Virus record (IMG/VR): IMGVR_UViG_3300049215_000802 | Location: 14,533 to 78,532 of that record | Strand: one strand, 5' to 3' | DNA from: a virus | DNA: 64,000 bases | Shown: positions 55,176-62,797 of the stretch, piece after piece | How positions within the stretch are numbered: position 1 is the first letter of the stretch | How the letters are laid out: each line of letters opens with the position of its first letter | Made by a program: the position numbers and the translations under genes | Notes under the pieces: generated by a model | Database searches by the model: none | What the model saw: the letters and a program-made list of their open reading frames with translations, nothing else | What the model was told of the DNA's origin: nothing

Positions 55176-56220
55176 TCAATCCCGAAACCGCATCCGCCAA
55201 TCCCGATCCGGGTCCGTCGCCGCGATCACCGCCGACACAGCGGGGCCAGTCGAGGACTTGGCCGCCTCGACCAGGAGCGCGACCGAGCTGAGAAAGTCGT
55301 CGTGTCCGCTCGTCTCCGGGACGTAGAAGCGCATCTGCCGGTTACCGGTCACTTCGCGGCGGGCGCATTCCACCTCGTGCCACCACTCCGTCGCCTCGCG
55401 ATCGTCGGCGCCGTGAGCGTACCAGCGCAACCTCCCGCCGCCCGCGGCGGCCAACAGCTGATAGCCCAGCTCGGACTTGCGCGACGCCGAGAACGCGATT
55501 GAATCGACCACGTCCTCGCCCAGCGACAGCGTCAGAAACTCGGCTAACGGCGCGCCGATGCCGGTTTTGTCGATCGCGAGCTTGCTCACGTGCCAGTCGT
55601 GGCGAAGTAGCGTCGCCAGCTCCGCCCGCTGTCCCTCGTGGCTCCGCCCGGTCCACCAGTACACCCCTTCCACCTCGACCACCGGCTCCCGATCGTCCAG
55701 CCCAACCTCCACCCACTCCACCCGCCCGATCGTCAGCACCGTCGAATCCCGCCGCGGCGCCCGCTCCCGTACCGCGGCATCACTCCCCGCCCGTCCCTCG
55801 TCCACCGACACTCGAGCCTCGCCTCCCGCCCCCCGTTCTCCATCCCCGGAAGCCCGAAACCCGATACCCGACACCCCGGTCGGTTCTTCGCTCGCCCCGG
55901 CCACGTCCAGCCCGGCCACCCAGGTCCCGTCGCCCTCGGCCCGCTCCCTCCGGCGGTGCGTCCCGCGCATCGCCTCGACCATCGCCCGGGTAAACAGCCC
56001 GGCCTCCTGGCCCAGCGGCCGCAGCTCAAACTGGGTCGTGAACATCGGGTGCTCCGGCCCGAGCCGCTCCCGCTCGCCTTCGACGAATCGGCCGTAGGCG
56101 GGATTGCTCTGGGCCACGACGTGCCAGGGATAGGCGAAATGCCGCCGCCGGCCGTCGCGCTTCTCCGCCTCGATCGCGACCTGAATCTGCTGGTGGAGCA
56201 AGGTCTGGTCGTCCCAGGCC
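55176..56220 (-). pseudogene. Terminase large subunit, C-terminal fragment lacking the ATPase N-terminus
   Basis: AWDDQTLL...WVAGLDVAG...IDKTGIGAP...HDDFLSS nuclease motifs; frame breaks where composition shifts at ~56220. Confidence 0.8.
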
Positions 56221-56365
56221 GAGAGAGGCTGTACAGCACCAAAGTAGTATTCTCAACCCGGAGATCATGTTTGACCTGGCCAGGATGTTGGCTCATGGAA
56301 ATAATGAAGTAGGGGAGACGAGATCGTAGGAACCAGAAAACTTCTTGGTTCATTTGCCACACACG

Positions 56366-56427
56366 AGTAAGCATACTTACTGGCTAATACTTGACAATAA
56401 GTAAGGAGTAGGATATACTGTCCTTAC
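56366..56427 (+). promoter_or_regulatory. Consensus sigma70 promoter with antitoxin-type inverted repeats
   Basis: TTGACA(56391-96)-17 nt-TATACT(56414-19); AGTAAG-cata-CTTACT (56366-81) and GTAAGGA...TCCTTAC (56401-27). Confidence 0.8.
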
Positions 56428-56429
56428 CT

Positions 56430-56717
56430 ATGTTTCATCGTGTGCCAAATCAAGCAGAAGTGGGGGAGATCGACTCAACCGTTACTAGTAAGGGCCAGAT
56501 CACAATCCCAGTTTCCGTGCGCCGACAGCTAGGCATCGATCCGGGAGACAAGCTGACCTTTGCCGTTGCAAAGAGTGGAGAAGTTAATCTCAGAACCACG
56601 CGTTACCCTACAGTTGCCTCAGTCCGCGGCGCAGCAGGTGCTCTGAAAACACCGCTCACTTGGCAGGAAGTTCGCCAGATCGCCCGCGAGGATAAGTTGA
56701 AAGCGGGGAAACTATAA
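56430..56717 (+). CDS. vapB: AbrB/MazE/SpoVT-family antitoxin
   Basis: STVTSKGQITIPVSVRRQLGIDPGDKL. Confidence 0.9.
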   Translation: MFHRVPNQAEVGEIDSTVTSKGQITIPVSVRRQLGIDPGDKLTFAVAKSGEVNLRTTRYPTVASVRGAAGALKTPLTWQEVRQIAREDKLKAGKL

Positions 56718-56721
56718 GACT

Positions 56722-57156
56722 ATGGCTAATCCATTCGTTGACACCGATGTAATAATTCGACTATTGACTAATGATGATCCCGTCAAACAAGCAGAAGCGG
56801 CCCAGCTCTTTCAAGCAGTAGAAGACGGTGATCTTACTCTATCAGCTCCAGACACGGTCATCGCCGACGCAGTCTATGTACTTTCCTCTGTTCGGCTTTA
56901 CAACGTCCAGCGTCCACAGGTAAGGAGCTTGCTCCTCCCACTTCTTCGGCTACCTGGCTTTAATGTCGGTAACAAGCGTGCTGTAACTAGGGCGCTTGAC
57001 CTCTATTCTTCATCTACTCTCGACTTTTCTGACGCCCTAATTGTCGCCTCGATGCAACGGGCCAGTGCTGACAATCTGTACTCCTACGACACAGACTTTG
57101 ACACTATCGCTGGGCTTAAGCGACTTGAACCAAAGGAGGCAAGCAAGTCAGCTTGA
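56722..57156 (+). CDS. vapC: PIN-domain toxin
   Basis: FVDTDVIIRLL...DFSDALIVA...YSYDTDFD. Confidence 0.9.
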   Translation: MANPFVDTDVIIRLLTNDDPVKQAEAAQLFQAVEDGDLTLSAPDTVIADAVYVLSSVRLYNVQRPQVRSLLLPLLRLPGFNVGNKRAVTRALDLYSSSTLDFSDALIVASMQRASADNLYSYDTDFDTIAGLKRLEPKEASKSA

Positions 57157-57165
57157 TTTGAGCTA

Positions 57166-57648
57166 ATGAGTAGTCACCCCAACAATTCCCCCAAGACCGG
57201 CCGCACTAAGCTTCTGTTCATGCCAAACCGTGAACTCCGTCGAGTGCCCCTTACCTGGCAGCACCCTCAAGATAGTATGGGAGAGAGTATCCCACTCTTG
57301 CCCCGCAACTATTACACAGATCGGGAGATTCGAGATCTCCTCGCCCAAGGCCACACCAAAGATGAAGTTGAGAGCTGGATGATGCCGGACTTCACCAATA
57401 TTCCGAAGAGTAAGATGGGAATCTGCCTCTATGAGACAACTACCGAGGGCACGCCGAAAAGCCCGGTGTATCCTGATACCGAATCCGGACGGATCGCCTT
57501 GGTCAGGTATTGCGCTGTCAAAGTTCCTGCATTTGGCTTTTACTACGTCCACGCCCAAACCCGGGCACAAGTCCTATTTGGCGAAGATCTGATGGTCTTT
57601 AATCCAGAAGAAGGGGACTTTGAGCCGGCTGTCCGAAAGGAGTCCTGA
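57166..57648 (+). CDS. MGE-associated hypothetical protein
   Basis: RRVP..WQHP...WMMP...LYETTTEGTP.SPV motif typical of phage-type hypotheticals. Confidence 0.6.
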   Translation: MSSHPNNSPKTGRTKLLFMPNRELRRVPLTWQHPQDSMGESIPLLPRNYYTDREIRDLLAQGHTKDEVESWMMPDFTNIPKSKMGICLYETTTEGTPKSPVYPDTESGRIALVRYCAVKVPAFGFYYVHAQTRAQVLFGEDLMVFNPEEGDFEPAVRKES

Positions 57649-57840
57649 TTGTCTGAAATGAAAGCGAATCGACGCAATAGACTACCAGCTCGGGTTTGCC
57701 CACTTTGTTATACCCGCTTTAGCGCTCATCCGGCGCTGTCACGAATCGACAATCGGACATTGATCTGCCCGGACTGTGGCACCAAGCAAGCTCTAGCAGT
57801 GTTTAGCCGATGGCCCATCACCCGAAAGAAAGCCGCCTGA
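57649..57840 (+). CDS. Small zinc-finger protein
   Basis: CPLC...PALSRIDNRTLICPDCG..QAL. Confidence 0.65.
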   Translation: MSEMKANRRNRLPARVCPLCYTRFSAHPALSRIDNRTLICPDCGTKQALAVFSRWPITRKKAA

Positions 57841-58221
57841 ACTGGCAATTGCGCAATGGACTGAACTATAGCTGGATTAGATTTGCTTCGGGCATTTAGT
57901 GGACGACCTTTGGCGAGCGGAACCTCTTTCGATTCACCTAATAGACCATATGAAATCCTCTAGTCAGCCCTAGCACATGGGCCACATTGAACAGTCGATT
58001 AAGCACTAGATTGAACTAGTGATAGACGCGAACACAATTGTTACTCAGTACCATAGGTAAAAATGGCGTTGGGTTGAGGGCGACGATATCAGTCAACATT
58101 TTGACCTCAGTAGACGCAGATTGGCCCATCCATTCGCCACAATCGTTTCTGGAGAATTGCTTGGGTATGCCAATGACTTTACACAGTCATAAAGCAGTCT
58201 TTCTACTAACCCGGCGGTCGT

Positions 58222-59121
58222 GTGATAATTATCCATATGGATAGGCCCACCCCCGTTGGTCACGTAATGCAAATCGACTTAACTCAGACGAAACTACTGG
58301 AGCTCATCGGCCGACTCGGCGTAGCAGATATTCACCAGATTAACGACTGCTATTTCGCTCAAGGTTCATGGAAGACGACCCACACACGACATATTCGGCC
58401 CCTTGAGAGGGACGGCTATTTGGAACACACCAACATTTGGCGAACAGATCTCTGGACCAGTCACCAGAAACGAGCTGCTGGCAGCCCCCGCTACGGTTAC
58501 AAACTATCCACCCAGGGTTATCGATATCTTGTCCGAACTGGGATATCGCGGGCCGATCTGATTCTGCCATCCGACAACCAAGGCAGCGCTCACACTCTCC
58601 AAGCCAACGACCTGATTGTCTTTGCTCACAGACTTATTCGACACTATCCCCACCTTCATCTGCAGTTTCGTAGCGAAAAGATACTGCGACGAATGAAGGT
58701 AGACGGCGTCATCCCAGACGCCTGGCTGAAGATCTGGCAGTCGCCAGCACGAAATGGGGCTTTCGCGCTTGAGCGAGACAAGGAGACGATTCCTCTCACT
58801 GAAAGTCCTTATGCCCCATCTTATCGATCGATCCGCCATCGAATCGAAGCCTATCTGCAACTGATGAACTCGCCACGGTACTCTGCCGCCTTTGGTACCG
58901 TCAGTCTTCTGTCGGTTTGGGTTTGCAATACCGAGAAACGCCAGAATGTCCTCGCCCAACTCGCGAAAAAGCTGTTGGAGGAAACTGGCCGTCGAGACCT
59001 TAACGCCCGATTCTATTTTGGTTTACGAACCGATGATCCTGATGTCTTCTTCTTTGCTAAGCGTTGGCTCCAACCAGGAGGGGAGGTGGTTTCGCTACTA
59101 CCCGAGCGATGGCGCGACTAA
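58222..59121 (+). CDS. Replication-relaxation family protein
   Basis: N-terminal wHTH, HTLQANDL, PDAWL, ALERDKET motifs. Confidence 0.75.
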   Translation: MIIIHMDRPTPVGHVMQIDLTQTKLLELIGRLGVADIHQINDCYFAQGSWKTTHTRHIRPLERDGYLEHTNIWRTDLWTSHQKRAAGSPRYGYKLSTQGYRYLVRTGISRADLILPSDNQGSAHTLQANDLIVFAHRLIRHYPHLHLQFRSEKILRRMKVDGVIPDAWLKIWQSPARNGAFALERDKETIPLTESPYAPSYRSIRHRIEAYLQLMNSPRYSAAFGTVSLLSVWVCNTEKRQNVLAQLAKKLLEETGRRDLNARFYFGLRTDDPDVFFFAKRWLQPGGEVVSLLPERWRD

Positions 59122-60515
59122 AGGTTCGGCTGGGGCGGATCTCCCACTCAAACCTGATCCCTGGGATTCCTCTTCTAAACCCTTCTGGTTGGCTCCACCA
59201 TTATCTGGAATTGGACGAGCGAGCGGTCAAATCGATGTGGCACTGCCTGGGTGCCCCCGGCAAAGGCAAAACAAAACTACTGGAAAGCGTTTGGCATCAA
59301 CTATTCGCCCAAAGACAGGCAGTCAGCTATGTCGATCCACGGGGCGGAGCATTCTGGAATATCCTTCGCACTTTAAAGCATCAACGCTATTTTGACCGTC
59401 CCGATGCCTTCGAGAAGCTGATCGTGATCAATTTCAGCGCCCATCCACATTACCTCAAGATGAACATCCTCGACAACAGGTGGATCCATCAGGACGAGCT
59501 AATCCGTGTCATTATCGAGGCGCTAAAGCGAGCGTTTCCCGAGCTTCACGAGGACGTGGCTCAGACTGGCACCTCGGTCTTTGACCAACTCATCGATGCA
59601 GGACTACGAGTGCTCTATGCTAACCGGCTGCCAATCTACTATCTCTACGAGCTTCTCTCAAATCCTTCTAGCCGCAGTGAGTGGTTGAAAGCCCCCGTAG
59701 ATGAAGTGGTGCGAAGCTTTTGGACGCAGCATTGGAACCGGTTGCGATTGGACCAGCAGTACGAGATCGGGGGGTCGGCGATTCGCCGTGCCTACTGGTT
59801 TGCCGTTACAGAGCGTTTGAAGTACTGTCTGGGGCAGAAGGAGAATATCCTACAGTTTCGCACGTTAATGGACCAGGGTGTCTCGTTTCTAATTAATCTC
59901 GGTGGCATTGTCTCAGAAAAGGACAAACAGCTTCTTGCCGGGCTATTGATGCACGGATTCGAGGTGGGGACTCTGAGCCGTCGACCTAACAGCAAGATCC
60001 TCCCACCGCACTTTCTCATCGTCGACGAGTTTGCTGAGATGGTCCGCCACAGCCCGCAGAGCCTGATGACCTTACTTGATATGGCCCGCCAACACGGGTT
60101 GTTCATCTATGCCGCGCACCAATCGTTCTCTCAGGCAGTCAATCCGCGATTGGTGGGAGCACTCCAGAACACGCACACTAGAATTACCTTCGGGGCCGGC
60201 CATCTCGATGCCAAGATTCAGGCTGGTTCGATCGGGCATTACGTGTCCAGATCGGAGGGTTACACGCCCAGTCCAATCGAGCAAGAGCAGGATTGGCAGC
60301 AACGCATAATGGATTTGCCAGATCAACACGCCTTGGTAAAAGTTGGAACAAATAAGGCTCTCGAGATCGACACGCTTCCTGTTCCCGAGTTCAATGAGGA
60401 CTTGCGCGACGTGATGGGAGAGTACTATCGCCGTTACTATTCGCACAAGGACAAGATCCAACTTACGACTACGCTCGTGGCACCCCCTACAGTCGGACTA
60501 GAGGATGATCAGTAA
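59109..60515 (+). CDS. VirD4/TraM-like coupling-protein ATPase
   Basis: GAPGKGKT Walker A, FLIVDEFAE Walker B, ARQHGL...AHQ..SQ, ITFG; overlaps the relaxase stop. Confidence 0.8.
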   Translation: MARLKVRLGRISHSNLIPGIPLLNPSGWLHHYLELDERAVKSMWHCLGAPGKGKTKLLESVWHQLFAQRQAVSYVDPRGGAFWNILRTLKHQRYFDRPDAFEKLIVINFSAHPHYLKMNILDNRWIHQDELIRVIIEALKRAFPELHEDVAQTGTSVFDQLIDAGLRVLYANRLPIYYLYELLSNPSSRSEWLKAPVDEVVRSFWTQHWNRLRLDQQYEIGGSAIRRAYWFAVTERLKYCLGQKENILQFRTLMDQGVSFLINLGGIVSEKDKQLLAGLLMHGFEVGTLSRRPNSKILPPHFLIVDEFAEMVRHSPQSLMTLLDMARQHGLFIYAAHQSFSQAVNPRLVGALQNTHTRITFGAGHLDAKIQAGSIGHYVSRSEGYTPSPIEQEQDWQQRIMDLPDQHALVKVGTNKALEIDTLPVPEFNEDLRDVMGEYYRRYYSHKDKIQLTTTLVAPPTVGLEDDQ

Positions 60516-60578
60516 CATTGCTCCAGCACTCAGAAGCTGACTTCGCCACAAAAAGCCCCCTTTTGCTAGTGGCACCCC

Positions 60579-60959
60579 ATGGGGTACAATCGCTCAAGCT
60601 ACCTAATGATCATAACTCTGATTGGTGAACGACCTATAAGCTGGAACAAGGTAAATGGCCGTGCGCACTGGTCGGTTCGGCGAGGAGAAACAGACCGCGT
60701 CCATGAACTTGTCCGGGATGCCTTAGCTAAGCTCAATCCACGGCGCTTGACTGGTCCGGTGAGCATTCGAATTACTGTGTACTTTAAAGATCGGCCGCTT
60801 GACAGTGACAATGTTTGCGATAAGCCTTATATCGACGCGTTGAAGGGTGTCATCATACCTGATGATCACTTCGGCATCGTTTGGGAAGCCACGACTTGCA
60901 GTCGAATCGACAAAAAGAACCCGAGACTTGAAATCAAGGTAGAGGAGATCGCCGCGTAA
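60579..60959 (+). CDS. rusA: RusA-like Holliday junction resolvase
   Basis: LDSDNV..K..IDAL.G..IPDD motif, NPRLEI end. Confidence 0.8.
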   Translation: MGYNRSSYLMIITLIGERPISWNKVNGRAHWSVRRGETDRVHELVRDALAKLNPRRLTGPVSIRITVYFKDRPLDSDNVCDKPYIDALKGVIIPDDHFGIVWEATTCSRIDKKNPRLEIKVEEIAA

Positions 60960-61116
60960 GAGTTTGCCACTTAGTCGCGTTCGGTGGGCCGAAACATTAT
61001 CGAGCAGGCGAGGAAGTGGTACAATCCGGAGCATGTCTTCCAGTCGCAATGACAAGTAAGAATGTGGCCGCAGTTCGGTCTTGTGGCCGGATTGTTGGTC
61101 GTTTGGGATGATCTGA

Positions 61117-61749
61117 GTGATCACTGGAAACGCCGCGCTTGATCCTCGCACGGCTCGATTGCAAATGGAGGAGAGGCTGGCAACTTTGCCTCTCCGATTT
61201 CTGCCTAATCGTGCCCGAAGTTGGGAGAACGCAGCGTTCCCAAACATGGCGGCAATCTATTGGAACCTGGCTCGCTCGTGCGTCGTTCCAGAACAGGATG
61301 TGTTTGCCGGGGCGGTGGCTGCGTTGATGGACCAGGGGAACAATCCTGCTGTTGTTGCTCGAGCCTCAAGAGCCTATCCAGCACTTGTTCGCCAGCATCA
61401 TTTCTACCTGATGCTAAGAGAACACTACCCAATAGTCGTCCGCTCGGAAGAACTTGACCTGAATGGTGTAGATCTGTTGATCGTCGAACAGGGGCGAGCG
61501 TATGGAATAGCGCTATCGGTCGAGACAGAGGCGGCACACTCATGGCAGCGGGTCAAGCAGCGTCGTCATCCCGAATCGCCCGAACGCCTACCGGTGCTGT
61601 ATTTGTACGCCAAGCGAAGTGAGTACCGAATAGGCAACTTCTGGCTTCATCATCCAGATCAGTGGAAGCTGGTTCGAGACTGGATGAATCGGCTGCGACA
61701 GGGCGAGGATTGGATCACGGCTAGCGAGCTTCGATATGCACTGCAATAG
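61117..61749 (+). CDS. TaqI-like PD-(D/E)XK restriction-endonuclease-fold protein
   Basis: ARASRAYPALVRQHHF...EELDLNGVDLLI...YGIAL matches my recollection of TaqI (ARLYRT..SIWTQFHF...PELDAQGIDALI...GIQIK); no cognate methylase nearby. Confidence 0.6.
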   Translation: MITGNAALDPRTARLQMEERLATLPLRFLPNRARSWENAAFPNMAAIYWNLARSCVVPEQDVFAGAVAALMDQGNNPAVVARASRAYPALVRQHHFYLMLREHYPIVVRSEELDLNGVDLLIVEQGRAYGIALSVETEAAHSWQRVKQRRHPESPERLPVLYLYAKRSEYRIGNFWLHHPDQWKLVRDWMNRLRQGEDWITASELRYALQ

Positions 61750-61867
61750 GACGTATTTGTAGTGCTGTGTCAGTTCATCGGCCGATGATAATGTCAAGTA
61801 ATGTTTCAGTGCATTCCAACGTATGGCTGGACTGCTCAGAAGTCGCGTTCTTACTGTGTGAGGGCGG

Positions 61868-62797
61868 GTGCAAACTGAATCGCTTCAGTTAAATTTCTTC
61901 CCTATCGCCTTGCCGGTTGGCCCTCTCCCATTTCTTACACGCACCTTGACTCAGAATGAAAAGTTGTGTGCAGGGGAACTCAGTTGGTCTGCTCCAGCCA
62001 TAGATCATCCTAGCCAGCCCACTAAGGCCGTATTGATTGGCACTGCTCCGGCTGACCTAAGAAGCTACACTACCGAACTCGTCCACGCTAACACAGCAAG
62101 CCCTTATGTCGTGAAATTGTTGTTGCAAGAATCGCTGGCAGCTGCCCTTGAGCGATTGGGACGCAAAGTCGTGCATGAGCGGGTTGGCCTCCTCTGCTAT
62201 CGGCCCGATGAGGTGGTAAGCGAGGGCGTGCCTGATCTAGTAGTAATGCATCGAGGCGTAGATATCAGAGTGGATCACTTCACAGCACAAGGTCGGCGGC
62301 TATTCGGATTCTTCATTACGACCAGAGTGCGCATGGCGTTTTCTAAACAAGTGCAAAGGGATCCCAGGTTGGTACGTGCGGCGCTGCAAGAGAGAGTCAC
62401 CGTTGAGCGCGACGGCCGCTTCGTATCGGCCGTTTTAGTCGCTGAAGGAAGGTCTGCGACACAAATTCGAGTTGCGGTGGACGACCAAATAATCGACTTG
62501 CCGCGGCCAGATATTCAGATTCCGGCAAGCCAATCAGTGTTATCGCACTACTGTGCATTGATTGGCGATCCTGAGGCAGCCACCCGAATACGAAGAGCGC
62601 TGCAGGTCGCCAGCTACCGATCGCGGCGCGACGGTCAACGGAATCGACGCTGGATCTCTGACCAGCTCGGGTATGTACGAAATTGGCTCAATTCCATTTC
62701 AACATATGAGAGATTCGCTTTGCAGTGGCCTCATAGCGACATCCAGTACTTTCTTCGAACACAGCCTCTTGAGGTTTACGCACGAGGTTCGCCGTGA
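61868..62797 (+). CDS. Argonaute N-lobe protein (N-L1-PAZ*-L2-like), partner of a split pAgo
   Basis: QLNFFPI N-terminus as in long pAgos, RGVDIRV...GFFITTRVR L1-like strands, short beta-rich PAZ*-like segment; stop overlaps the pAgo start (GTGA). Confidence 0.65.
   Translation: MQTESLQLNFFPIALPVGPLPFLTRTLTQNEKLCAGELSWSAPAIDHPSQPTKAVLIGTAPADLRSYTTELVHANTASPYVVKLLLQESLAAALERLGRKVVHERVGLLCYRPDEVVSEGVPDLVVMHRGVDIRVDHFTAQGRRLFGFFITTRVRMAFSKQVQRDPRLVRAALQERVTVERDGRFVSAVLVAEGRSATQIRVAVDDQIIDLPRPDIQIPASQSVLSHYCALIGDPEAATRIRRALQVASYRSRRDGQRNRRWISDQLGYVRNWLNSISTYERFALQWPHSDIQYFLRTQPLEVYARGSP

Larger units (their letters stand above)
50169..56220 (-). mobile_element. Remnant second prophage / phage-derived head module, GC-rich, truncated at both ends
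   Basis: Terminase fragment, portal, Gly/Pro-rich protein and capsid fusion; many host-type repeats. Confidence 0.8.

Noticed and set aside
55733-56374. 213-aa ORF spanning the island junction as a real fusion gene
   Set aside because: It is mostly an out-of-frame reading of the terminase with no RBS support; only the short ENTTLVLYS resemblance was kept, as junction evidence.
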